A stretch of DNA of 63,516 bases, counting the filler, from Dugesia japonica (lineage: Eukaryota), in assembly GCA_001938525.1 (NCBI GenBank). It is 5 parts of 5 records of this genome, joined end to end, with 100 filler letters (N's around TTAATTAATTAA, not from the genome) between each part and the next. Parts side by side here need not be neighbours in the genome. Positions count along the whole stretch, not along the records: positions 1 to 26,417 come from MQRL01563595.1; positions 26,518 to 36,831 come from MQRL01239680.1; positions 36,932 to 45,580 come from MQRL01637926.1; 2 more parts are not named here. The stretch is one strand, 5' to 3'. Made by a program: the position numbers and the translations under genes. The notes under the pieces were generated by a model. That model saw only the letters and a program-made list of their open reading frames with translations. It did not search any database and was not told the DNA's origin. Positions 25,898 to 38,459 of this stretch are shown piece by piece (position 1 is the first letter of the stretch; every line of letters starts with the position of its first letter).

Positions 25898-26417
25898 ATG
25901 ATTANAATGTTAGATTTAGATAATAACATTCAATTTTCACATGTAGCAATTAAAAATGACACATTAGTAATATCACCATCAGCAGGAACATGAAGTAAAT
26001 TAAATGCAAGTGGTGACATAGTATTTCAATCTTTACAATCTACAAATCCACTTGATATCTGTAATTCATTATTATATTTTAGAATTACTATTAAAGTTAC
26101 TATAAAAGATGTAAAATATAAAATAACATTAGAGAATAACTTCTTTCCAAGTTTATTTAATTCATTAAGATTATTTTTAGGTTCTTCTGAAATTGAATCA
26201 ATAAATGATCCAGGTGTAATAAGTACAATGTTAAATTTTATATTTTCAACTGAAACAATTAAAAAGGAATATGGACAATTATCAGGTTGAATTCCAGATA
26301 TTGATGATGGAGATTCAAAAAATAATGGTTATCAAATTAGAACTAAACTTTATAAATCAGGTAAATTTGAAGGTTACTTTCCATTAAAAAACTTATTTGG
26401 TTTTATGCAAAATTATA
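25898..26417 (+). pseudogene. Polinton/adintovirus double-jelly-roll major capsid protein, N-terminal part (cut by gap; two in-frame TGA)
   Basis: Manual translation: ...LNASGDIVF...LENNFFPSLFNSLRLFLGSSEIESINDPGVISTMLNFI...LSG*IPD...NNGYQIR...FEGYFPLKNLFGFMQNY. This fits the NN..LF..EIE..PG..STM..GW..N.G..R..PL..LFGF..Y pattern I recall for Polinton capsid proteins. Not in the ORF track because of TGA at 25991 and 26288. Confidence 0.75.
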
Positions 26418-26517
26418 NNNNNNNNNNNNNNNNNNNNNNNNNNNNNNNNNNNNNNNNNNNNTTAATTAATTAANNNNNNNNNNNNNNNNNNNNNNNNNNN
26501 NNNNNNNNNNNNNNNNN
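26418..26517. other. Artificial scaffold spacer (44 N + TTAATTAATTAA + 44 N)
   Basis: Identical 100-bp structure also at 36832-36931, 45581-45680 and 54077-54176; the 12-mer gives stops in all six frames. Confidence 0.92.
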
Positions 26518-26614
26518 ATCTTCTCAATTAATTTATTTCTTAAATTCTAAAATTTAAAAATATTCTCGTAAAATTTCATTTTAATCTACTTCCTACTACT
26601 TTCATTTTAAACCC

Positions 26615-27130
26615 CAACATTATCATAACAGCATGGGCCATCCAGGATTTATAAAGACAAAAGAATTAATTCAGAATTTAATTTGACTGGAAGAATTTGA
26701 GTAAAGAGAGGAAAACCTTTATTGAAAAATGCATTCCATGCATAAATCGAAAAAATGGTATAATTTTAAATCACATCTTTGATAAACATTTTGTAGTTAA
26801 TGAGGCATTTGGAAAAATATGCATTGATATCACTGAACTATTACCAAAGTTAAAGGATACAGATATATTTTAGGAATAATATGTCTTCTTTAGATATACT
26901 ATGTTAATTCTCCTTATAGGAATCAAATCAAAATTAGTAACAAATCAATTATTTAGAAAATGGATCACTATCCTTGGAATACCAAAGAATTTTGTAAAGT
27001 TCTGAAAATAAATCAAACCTTTGCAAGCCCATACTATCATCAAGGAAATGAGTTGGTAGAAAGAAATTTTAGAACTTAGAAAGATATAATTTATGTATCT
27101 AGCTTGAAAATTCTAACAAATTTGGTAGAT
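26615..27130 (+). mobile_element. Gypsy integrase fragment (HHCC zinc finger and core), degraded
   Basis: HYHNSMGHPG...EKCIPC; FGKICIDIT; ASPYYHQGNELVERNFRT. Confidence 0.8.
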
Positions 27131-27469
27131 GCCGGTCTCTATCATTTTTGTTTAATTTAAAGAAGATAAAACGATTAGAATTATTTTGAATACTGTTTTT
27201 GTCAAGGATATATTATGTCAGTTAGAAGTTACAGTTATTACGTTTACCACTAGAAAAAAAATTCAAATTTTCTGATTTCTTTCATTTACAATATCATTAA
27301 AGATGACTATTTTTTCTTATTAACTGATAATAATAATCACAAAATAATAACAGTTACAATACCATCTTGACACATTAAATAATAATACGCTTTTCAAAAA
27401 TTTATTACAAAACATTTTTTGGAATATTTAAACAGCAATATTATCTTATTGTTACTCTCCTTTTATTTA

Positions 27470-30025
27470 AGAACTGTGACACTCTTTCAGCCATTCAATT
27501 CATCTGTATTTCCTTTCATTTGGATACTCTAGTTCAACTTGATGATCCGTCGGGAAATCAAAGATCTTTACAGGACCTTCATATACATTGCCATCCTTTC
27601 GTTTCTTTTGTGGATCTATTTTTGCCAAAAGTTCCTGTCCCACTTCAAAAAATCTGTGCACCTTCTTCTTAACATCTTGACCTTTCATTCTTTCCGCTGA
27701 AATCTCAAGATTACTCCGTACCTTTGACAATACTTGTTCTTGATCCAATTTTATGTACGGATCTTTGCCAAGAATATTTACGAGGACTGTCTAAAAAGTT
27801 TTTAGCCCGACCAATTTCTAAACATATTTTTTATTTTTTGTCAACAGTTTATTAAAATTCATTCTTTATTTAGTATTAATAAATCGATTATTATATTTTT
27901 ATCATTTAAGTAATAGTATTATTTTTTTTTAGTAAATGACTTCGGATGAATTGAAAAATTTTGAAAAAGTTTTTTTTAAGGATTAAGCCCAAAAGAAATT
28001 TATGAAGACATGAGCAGATTATTAAATAAAACATGCCCGTCATATGCAACAGTGAAAAATTGGGTATCATCATTTGAGAGAGGCAAAACAAGCAACCAAT
28101 ATCAGCCAAGGTTCGGTCGACCAATTTCTGCATCAACTCAGGAGAACATTGAAAAGGTACACGAAATGATTCTTGAAAATCGTCGAATTTCAATCAGAAT
28201 TATTGCTGAGACCTTAAAACTATGCAAAGAACGTGTTGGTAAAATCATTCACGAAGATTTGGATATGAATAAGCTTTCTGCAAAATAGATCCCTAAATGC
28301 ATGAATTCTGATCAGAAGCAAAGACGAGTGCAGAGTTCAAAGGTGATTCTTTCATATTTGGCAAGGGATAAAAGTCAATCTATTAATCAAATTTTTACCG
28401 TCGATGAAACATGGTTACATTCCTTTGATCCTGAAACCAAGCAACAATCCATGGATTGGAAGCATTCCAGATCGCCCCAAACCAAAAACTTCCAAAGATA
28501 AAAGTCTGCAGGAAAAGTCTTAGCATTGTTTTCTGGGATTGCAAAGGCATTGTGATGATAGACTTTATAGAAAAAGGCTCAACAATAAATTCTGATTATT
28601 ATTCATTTTTATTGGTCAAAGTTAAAGAAAAATTTAAACAAAAACGACCTGAAAAGTTAAGAAATGGTATTCAATTTCTGCAGGACAGTGAACCTGAACA
28701 TATTGTCTTACAGACATTGAATATAATTCAAGATATTGGTTTCCAAGTTTTTTTTTGTAAAAATCTGATTTATTTTTACAAATTTTTTATAAAAGTACTT
28801 AACGGTTTGAATAAAAGTACTTATAGATTTGAATATCCCTGTAAACTAATCACCTAGCTAAATGGATCGATTATTACAACCATATATCGATTACTGCTTC
28901 TGCTTTCCTTCATATGCGCAATATCTATCACGATTTGATCCATAGGGTTCATAACCTTTCTTGGTATTAAATATTCGGCTGTCTTTAATTATAGTGTCTT
29001 CCTTCTCATATACAACTCACATTTTTTTATAATCGACTTTGTATCTGTTACCACGTTTATCCAAAAGAATTGACTACCAATATAATTTATAGTTTTCTTA
29101 ACACATAGGGTCCAATTTCTTTATGCATATGTACCACAAACCTCTCGACAAGCTTATGCGGAATGCTTATCTTCCGTTTATTTTCACTTTATATTAATAA
29201 AAACATTTCTTTCAACAGTATACTATCTAATTTATGGAAATACACAGAATGTTTTATCAACTTTGGTACTATCAAAGAAGGGTTCATAATAAAATTTTTA
29301 ATCGCTTCCAAAACAGAATCCTCAGCTTGAGCGGAACGATACGTTTCAATATTAAATTCTTCAAACAAAATTGCATTTAAAAATCTTACTCTGTTCTTCT
29401 CTTTTATCCCTTCTTCGTGTTCACTTTGACATTGAGAGCAATAGCTCAATAATATTCTGGATAATCCGTCTGCATTGTTATGGTTTTCACCCTTCCAATA
29501 TTTTAGATCAAAATCAGCGCCAGATAATTCACTTAACCATGTATGAAATTGTGGACTTATTGATTTTTTGTGGACTTCAAAATTGTAAGTGCTTTGTGAT
29601 CTGTACGGATATCAAATTTCTTACCGTATAAGTATTGCTTGAAGTAATATATAGCCAGTAACGCCTTCCGTGTCACACAATGACTTTTCTCATGAGCACT
29701 TAAAAGCCTTGATCCATTTGCGATAACCTTTTCACATCCATCTTGTACCTGACTAAGAACAGCACCAATACCGCTAAAACATACATCTGTGTCTAAAATA
29801 AAATAATCATATTTGTTTGGGAATGCCAATACTGGAGTATTTTATAAAGAATGTTTGAGTTTCTGGAAACTTTCTTGACACTCTTTATTTCATTATATGT
29901 CTTTCACATGTCCATTAGTAGCCTCGTATAATGGTTGGGCAATTTGAGCAAAGTTAAAAACAAATTTAGTGTAGTAATTTGCCAAACTAAGAAATGACCG
30001 TAATTGTTTGGTGCACTTTGGAATT
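27470..30025 (-). mobile_element. Gypsy pol fragment (RT thumb, RNase H, integrase) interrupted by a mariner
   Basis: FILDTDVCFSGIGAVLSQ..IRTDHKAL (29557-29829); integrase C-term YEGP motif (27500-27748). Confidence 0.85.
27781..28750 (+). mobile_element. Mariner transposon, 3'-truncated, transposase pseudogene ~27990-28750
   Basis: TA then TIR-like CGAGGACTGTCTAAAAAGT; PSYATVKNW, GRP, KLSAK*IP (WVP), TVDETWLHSFDPETKQQS, VFWDCKG; no YSPDL or right TIR seen. Confidence 0.92.
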
Positions 30026-31275
30026 TAAGTACCTAAAAGAGAAACTTTGATAATTGATAATAATAATTTGATAATTGATAATAAATATAAATTTAAAATA
30101 AAGTCAAAACACTACAAATCATCGTAAATAATGCAAAATTATCTTTGTAGATTAGTTAAAAAACACATGAAAACTTTGAATAATTAAGTTTAGATGAAAT
30201 AATTCATTTGAACATAAAATATTTTACACATGACATATATAGAGGTTGTTAACAATTTTGATGAAAAATTTGAGTTATTTTGAAATTTTAGGGGTTTGAT
30301 TCCAAACCTTTTGTTGATAGTGAGAATAAGAAGCCGATGTGTGACCAATGGAATTTCGATGTGACCAAATCATTTGATTGGAAATTCATTCTTGAATGTT
30401 ATTTGATGAGTTATTTTATTGGTGATTATTTGTAACAGTCAAATTAGGGGGGGTGCTTGAAGCAACACTCGATGGTACAAAAATTTCTGAAAAATTTTTT
30501 AAAAGTCAACTTGTATGTGTGTGTTTGGAACACTATACAAACGAGTTTAGTTTTATGTATAATTTGCAGATTTACCAAAGAATTAAAATTTATGATCTTG
30601 TGTAATCTTTAAAGGAAATTTGTGATTGAAATTCAAATTTATTTTGATTTCAAGAAGATTTGTTTTGATTCAATTCAGATAGTAGTAATATTTATTTATT
30701 GATACTATGAATCAAATCCACAGAGACTCACCTTATCTAAACTCAGTCAGATAATAAATTGCTTTATTCGGGATTACAGCTCAAGTGTCGTGTAAACCCT
30801 AACAATATTGACTTTCATTAACTCTGAATTTGTAAGTTTTCATATTGTCCATTCATCGATAGTTTCTAACTTTGAAAACATTTCTTCAAGTAAAGTTTTT
30901 ATAATAAAGGAATGAATAATTTTTAGTTTTATCTTTTCAATGTCTTAATTATCATTTAAAAGGTCAATTTTGTGAACATTAAGCAGATTTCGTTGATTTA
31001 TTAAATTGAGAATATAAAGTTCTTTGTAAGCATAAAATGCGAATTGCATAATTTTGATCTTTCTATTTTAAATATATCCAAGCAACAGATTTCTTATTTT
31101 GTGACATTGGGTTTGCCATTAAACAAAAACGTCTTTAAAAATATAACTAATATAAATTATATTGAATTCAATTAAAAGAAAAGCATCACTAATTGAAATT
31201 TTAAAATATTGAATAAATTAAAGAAATATTAAAGAAATATTTTGAAGCTTGCCAATTTTGTTTACCAGGCTCTTA

Positions 31276-31322
31276 AGTAATTAGATAACAACACATTAGA
31301 CCACCTTCTCTCCCCCCCACCG
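31276..31322. repeat. Candidate Polinton terminus (subtype B, opposite orientation to 12920)
   Basis: AGTAATTAGATAACAACACATTAGACCACC matches the reverse complement of the 12936-12965 end at 22/30, differences mostly transitions; followed by a C run. Confidence 0.45.
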
Positions 31323-31962
31323 GTGAGCAATTTTTTTGAGTTTAGTGGATTATGTAATACTACAAATGTAATACTACTATGTAATTGTCTACAAATCTAT
31401 ACAGCTTATTATGCAATTAATATATACCTATGAAGTCGCCGATGTATTATTGTGTAATAATTGTGTAATCACTCGAAAATTCAAATTTTTGTTTAAATTA
31501 AGCAAAAGTAATATTTTTTATTTAAATTAATTAACATTAATGATTTTTTGTTTAAATTAACAGAATTTTACGAAATTTCGTTTAAATTGACCGATTTTTA
31601 TATTTTGTTAAAATTGATGGAAATTTAATTTTTTATTCAAATTAAAATACTGTTATGACATTTTTGTTAAAGTTAAGTGAAATTTATGATGTTATCACGT
31701 TACCCATCAATTAACACGAAATTTTACACTAATCAAGAATATCTTAGTTGAAAACCAAAAAACTTTATACACAGTAAATAAAATCGGAAAATATTATAAT
31801 GAACCCAATTATTTAAATGAATTGCCCTCCCGAGCAACATTAACATTAATTGCTCTCCGGGCAATATTAACACTAATAATAATTATAATATACAAAATAG
31901 TAAAATACCAATCATTATAAAATATTTTTTCACAATATATTCAATATTTATACAATCTATAC

Positions 31963-33939
31963 CAGTGGCCTTCAACCTATCTTAGCCTAACGACCACGTT
32001 CGTTATATTTTCATCTATAAATAAGTTTACCACCTATCTAAACTTTACAGAACTAATTAAAAGTCAAATATTGTTTACTAACAATACAGAATGCTATATG
32101 ACTGATACAATAGTGTTAGAAATTGCAGAGTCAATGAGACCATGCGCTTGGCGTTTGGATGGCAAAGACTTAATGTCTAGTTTCAATTGGACGAGAAGCA
32201 GTTTCAAATCACTTCTCTTGGTAAACGCAGATTGCTTCTTTGATTGTTGAGGAGATTAGTTATTGCACTGAATTCACACTCGATGAAGTAAGATGTGAGA
32301 AATGCCAAGATGAGCAATTTCATTTTTTCCATAAGTTTGGATTGAGAGCTTGTATTTCTTTGCCCTACCAAATTTTGGTATGTCTACCTTTGCTAGAAAA
32401 GAAATGTACAACTTCATCGTTTTGCAATTTCAACAATTCTTCTTGAACTTTTGGAATATTACTGTGATGTAGAACGGATCTTTCTTTGCCTCTTTTTAAT
32501 CCTTAGAAAGGTTGATGTCTCTATTTTAGTCATAAAATAGTAAAATACTGTAAGATAATTCTGTAAATTTTGTCAATTAGTTGTCTTTTCATAACCAACA
32601 AACTAAACTATGAAGAACAAATCGATTATGTCGTTCATCATTGTTTTTTCACAATCGCCAAAAGAGGTTATCATTCAGAGAATTATTATTGATCTTGTTT
32701 ACAGCATGGATAATGAATTGTAAATATGTTAGGAGTCGAAGTTTTCAAATATGATAAAAATTTTTGATAGCGACAAACCACCGCAAGTGCACCATTAGTT
32801 GCGCGGGCAACGATGTTTTTAAAAGGAACATTCTTCATATCAAGAAAAGTATTTGACATGTGCCATAAACAAAGCTTCATTACCAGGTAACGTAGATTCA
32901 TTTGTTGGCTTTGAAAACTTAGTGGCTCGCAAGATTGCAACCAGTTTCATTTCCATATCCACTGTCATTTTATCAATACGTTTTTAAACATACGTGTCAC
33001 TTAGTAAAAAAAACTTTGAGCATCCTGGTTAAATCCTGTTGCATCACAGTTCTAATAACTTTTTAAAGTGCTGATAAGTTGAGTGCTTTAGCAATATAAT
33101 GAGAAATAATATTATGATGTTTACCACACTTTGATATGAGTTCAAAATCATGGTAGGATGCAAGTAGTCTGTCTCCTTCTTTTGCATTACTTTTTTGAAA
33201 AATTATGGTAGTTGTTTGTCACTCCTTGATTTGCTTATTCAGAGTTTTAAAGTAATCCAGTGGCGTACCTTTTTTGTCTCAGTGCACAAAATTTAAATGA
33301 GCTTGATGGCTTTATAATTAAGGGATTTAACAAATCCATATGAGAGATAATCCAATAAATATTGCGGACAACGCTTCTTCTTTGATGACATTTCCTTATT
33401 CAATCTTGAGGATTATCAAACGCAAATTAATCTATTTGTAAAGTATTTAAGTCAACAAGCAAGCGGAATTCCTAAACACAAAAGCGAAAGAAATACTGTG
33501 AAAACTTTAAAATAAGAGTTGCATTATCTATATATTGTAAGATGAGTAAGTGAATGACAATTCGAGAACGCTGTACTTTAAGTTGTTTTAGATTGATGTG
33601 AGTATGTGTTACTTGCATTATAAGTAATAGAACTTTTACAAGTGCGTGTGCATATACATGTAGCCTTTGCTATTTACAACTGGGTACATATACTAGGACA
33701 ACGCAGCTAAGTTGATTGATTGTTGGATTTAATGAATGGTTCTTTGTTTATGTGAGTGTATTGCAAGTATATGTGTTAGTTACTAATTACAGCTGGGTAT
33801 AGGCTGCAGATAAACTGTCAAAACGCCAATGGCCACTTATACATAGAGCGCCCACACACTGTGCACTTTCTTTCTAGCGCCTGCTTAATATTTTCTAACG
33901 CCCATTAGTGGACGATGTCACCCAGGTTGAAGGTCCATG
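31963..33939 (-). mobile_element. hAT Buster/Charlie (ZBED5/ZBED8-like) transposon, internally deleted; transposase remnant 33391-32120
   Basis: TIRs CAGTGGCCTTCAACCT / AGGTTGAAGGTCCATG; flanks ATCTATAC / GTCTTTAC (6/8); MSSKKKRCPQYLLDYLSYGF, NIVARATNGALAVVCRYQKFLSYLK..IH, C-terminal SDLKLLL..QAH. Confidence 0.88.
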
Positions 33940-33989
33940 GTCTTTACAATTGAAATTTAGTTTGATTGAAATCTTCATACGATATCATT

Positions 33990-34818
33990 TGATGCTACTC
34001 TCTTAGCCTTCGTTGATTCTTTTTCATTAAGGAAAATATAATATTTTGATCTCAGAAAAACTCATTTCTTGTATTTCTTGCCATTATTCTCATCCTTGAA
34101 TTTACTTACTATCGAGTTCCAGTTGTTATTGTAAAGTGAATGATTTTATCTTTATTTTGATGTGTTCAAAAGATTATCTCGCACCGTTAATCTTAGTAAT
34201 TTTTCTATCTTAATGTTTTTAATTTCTACGAAAAAGCTATTTGTATCTCCAGCTACTATGTTTATTGTGCAACTCTCTTTGTGATATTTTTTGTGTCCAA
34301 TGTACTGCAACTAGTACATTCTTAGCTTTGACAGGTCCAACACTGCTTGAACAATGTAACTAGGTTTGTGCAAACAAATTGTACCTTTATTCAGTTAAAC
34401 TGCAATTATATATTCATCTTTCTTCATTTTTTTCCTGAAAGTTGACTTTGATGAATAAGTCATCAGCTTTTTCACTGAACTACAAAATTCTAAAGTTGAA
34501 CTTCGTCTTAATTTTTTTCAACTGATTATCCGTAAGGGTGGTTATTCATTGTAATTTTTATCTAAATCCGATTGACTTTGCGATCTCAACTAAGTATTAC
34601 TATCAATATATTTTTTACAAATTATCTTGAGTAAATTTTACAGCTCTGAAGATTTTTGAAATCTGAACACTTAATTGTAAGTATAATTGTAATAGCATTC
34701 AGTGTACTACATAGTTTATTTTTGAACCTTGGGGCTTTGATGTTTAGCTGTTACAGGAAAGTCATTTAAATAAGGGTAAAGTTTCTTAGGTATTTCAATA
34801 TCTACTTCTAATACATAT
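33990..34818 (-). pseudogene. Polinton-type pPolB C-terminal fragment
   Basis: YVLEVDIEIP, LHKPSYIVQAVLDLSKLRMY, IVAGDTNSFFVE, VFLRSKYY..KAKRV; homologous to 13183-14190 and 50250-52467. Confidence 0.85.
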
Positions 34819-34819
34819 T

Positions 34820-36831
34820 TCTTCCTATCAGACCACGTAAGTCGGAAAATACGGAGTTAAATATATCGCATAGTTACCCATTACGATCACAACAAGCTAT
34901 GATGATACTCGGAAAAGCATCAATCCCAGTATTTGTATTGAGTCAGCTAAGCCAGCAAGTTAAAGCATTGGGTACCATAACATTATATCCTATAATTCCA
35001 CGGGGTATACAGACACCAGTAGCAGAAAACTGTTGTGCTCACTTCTTTCGAGTGATATACCCAATCTCACCAACGCTAATGGAGGCCAGTTGCCTTGCAT
35101 GCATATGGAAAATGCAATCAATTTTAAAATCAGCATTACGGGAAGTCGCTGGTCTTAGACTTTGGTTGTTACAACAAGACGAACTCAGTAGAAAACGATG
35201 TAAGAAAATGCATGACAAGCTGACAGTTTAAGCACCATTGGAGCAAGACGAAGTGCACACCCTTTGCGAACGTTATGTCAGCATTTATAACGAAACTCTC
35301 ACTCGATCTATTGAAAATTTCCATACGATATTAATAGTATGGGATTGGTTGGTATTATGGTCTCAACCAGATGACCTTCCGCTGAGTCTGAAGAAAATGG
35401 GGAAGGGGAACTAACGGAAAAGGATGTAAATTCGGAACTGAAAACAGACATACAGCCGAAAGACGAGGAAAGGACAGAAACAGAGTTGCAGAGAATAACG
35501 AGGTTATTAAAATATGGCGCCTTAAAATATGCAGACAAACAAAGAAAAGAAAGGAAAGTGAAAGATAGCCTGACTTCAAGTCAAAATTTTCATGCCAAAA
35601 TCGACAACGAAAACACGGCCACTGTAAATTCTGCACTAGCCAAGGAACTAAATCGTTCAGATAAACTAGTGATGCCTAAAATAGTTGAGGCCCCAAATCC
35701 TACTCATCCGTCTCAGGCTCAAACAACATTATCTATGATTAATGATAAATCAGTCATTATATCACAAGAAATTAAAACTGTATCTTTTGGTTTAGATAAT
35801 CGAATGCGTGGACCACTGGCAATTGAGGCTATGAATGCTACTTCATACTATACAATCACATGCCAGGGGAGTCGGAAAGAAAGTTGTAATCATATTACCC
35901 ATATAACCTGTCCGCTGTAAGCACTTCAATTGGAAGAAAATTGTTTGCAATGTATCAAGCAAACACAAATGATATTAAAAAATGCACTAAAGGCTATTTA
36001 CGAGCAAAGAGCATGGTTATTCACACCAGAAAATTGGTTCATGAAAGAATGTGATGGATCCCGAATTAAAATACCGATTCAAGCATCAAGTCGTCAATCC
36101 GTCATAAAAAAGTTATGTATGCCATGCACAGATATTTTTAGCAAAGAATTACTAACATCCATTCATGTATTTCATCATCATTGGTATAATGGAACTGAAT
36201 AAGGGTGTATGAACCTTTGGAGATCCAATTGCCATGGTTAATGATAGAGCCATCTACTCGAAGAAAATACTAGTTAAAATAGATGGTAAAATTGGAGTTA
36301 AAAACAGATAAACTGACCGCCAGAGCGTCAGAGCCAAACAATTTCAAGCCAATAACCAGCCAAAAGGTACAAAAGTTAGCGAGGTTAATGGAAGAATCAT
36401 TCAAGGACCAATGGAGTAAAATGAAAAAAAGAAGGACAACAATGGTCCAGTATGACATTTGGAAAATTGAGAGAAATGAAAACGACCATAATAATTGATA
36501 AGATATAACAAACAAAGGAAGCAAAACAAGAAAAGGAGGTACTTCAAGAAAATAAGAACTTAATTACGATAGGAAAAATAATTAAAGTAGTTTTGTTGGT
36601 ATGAACAGTAATTAACACAAGTTGGGATTATGGCATACTAGGTTGGTTAACAATGAAAATTATCAAAAATATAGGAAGAGGGTACCCAACATCGATTATA
36701 ATATACGGACTCACGGGAATAATCTTACTCTGGTTAGCCTTACCGGCACTAGCAACGCAACAAGTACAGAACCTCAACCAAAATAGAATTCCTAGTATCC
36801 AAGGTATATTGATTACCATACTAACAGCCAT
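34820..36831 (+). pseudogene. Unidentified decayed long reading frame (Cys/His-rich middle, hydrophobic C-terminal segments)
   Basis: Five ORF-track pieces (34899, 35486, 35930, 36283, 36653) join through scattered stops and about three frameshifts; GC clearly higher than flanks. Confidence 0.6.
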
Positions 36832-37792
36832 NNNNNNNNNNNNNNNNNNNNNNNNNNNNNNNNNNNNNNNNNNNNTTAATTAATTAANNNNNNNNNNNNN
36901 NNNNNNNNNNNNNNNNNNNNNNNNNNNNNNNAAATTAAGAAAATAAATTAAGGCTAATTTTTTAAAATTTTTATTAAGTGTAAAAACTATTCAAAAATGT
37001 TTTATTTTTCTCAAATGTTCGATTTTATTTTCTAAGGAGTTGCGACTTTTTTATTTTATTTTAATGTAAATAAAGATGTTTTTCAAATTAAATTTTTTTA
37101 TCCTGATTTTGATGGGATAATATTATTAAAAATTATAATAATTTCTGGTTTAAATGTTTGACTAAAATTTCTTTGTGTTTTTTTCTATGGAGTGCTGATA
37201 TATAATGGGAATTTCATATTTTCAATTTTATAATATTGTAGTCAGCATGAATATTGTGATCGTGTATGAAATGTTTCTAGAGTTTACTCTCCTTCTCTTT
37301 GATATGTTCTTTGATTCTAGTTCAGTTTGTTCTAAGGGCTTCGACTATACATGATTTATTACATATGGTACAAATAATTTCATAAATTACATTTTTATTG
37401 TACNNNNNNNNNNNNNNNNNNNNNNNNNNNNNNNNNNNNNNNNNNNNNNNNNNNNNNNNNNNNNNNNNNNNNNNNNNNNNNNNNNNNNNNNNNNNNNNNN
37501 NNNNNNNNNNNNNTTTTTAAAAAACTTTTACCAGAAAAGATTTTAGTAATTAAGGCAAGTATGTAAAAAAGGAAAATATTAACAGTCCCATAATTAAAAT
37601 ATTGTAAATAATAAAACATGAAAATTTTAGAAATTAATGAAGACTAGAATTAACTGAATAATTGAAAAATTGGCTTTTATAAATAGAATACAGAGAAATA
37701 AAGAAATTAAAGGGAATTATTTTTAATAATTTATTTCATTACACGTGGTTATCTTTTGTTATTAAATGACAACATTAATCATTTTTCTTTGC

Positions 37793-37860
<68 letters not shown>

Positions 37861-37920
37861 NNNNNNNNNNNNNNNNNNNNNNNNNNNNNNNNNNNNNNNN
37901 NNNNNNNNNNNTTATTATTA
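37793..37920. repeat. (TTA)n/(AAT)n microsatellite; also 49185-49400, 53995-54076, 54308-54374, 59595-59817
   Basis: Direct inspection; most abut N gaps. Confidence 0.97.
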
Positions 37921-38459
37921 TTTAATTAAAACAAAATAATTAAACACGTTTTTAAAAAATTATATATTATTAGCCTAAATGTAAATTTAATTTGAAATTA
38001 AAGGATAATTTGAGATCAATAATTCAGACTTCTTGATAATGATGAAGTAATAATTGAAAGTAAAGGAAAATTATTTAAAAACATAATAAAACCTAATTTC
38101 CCGATTGACATGTGTTTTAACAATTAATTCAAGAATTTCCCATTTGTTATACAAAGAATATAACTAATTCTTCGACAATATTTCTCTGAATTACATTTCA
38201 AAAATATTTTGTCCATTAACCAAATTTTGAATTCCACTTAAAATAAAGTCACTTATTATAAAAGATATTTTAGAATTTAAACAACTATTAGTTAATAATT
38301 AAAATGCATAAATCGATTTTCTACTTACTTTAAAAAGGTTAAATTTTTGTTTTGCAGTTCTTTATTATATTATACTTGTAGAAAACAAAAAAAATGAAAA
38401 GAAAGAAAATATTTCTCTGGGAAATATTGAGGAATTAAAGTAAATAAATATTGCAGCTG

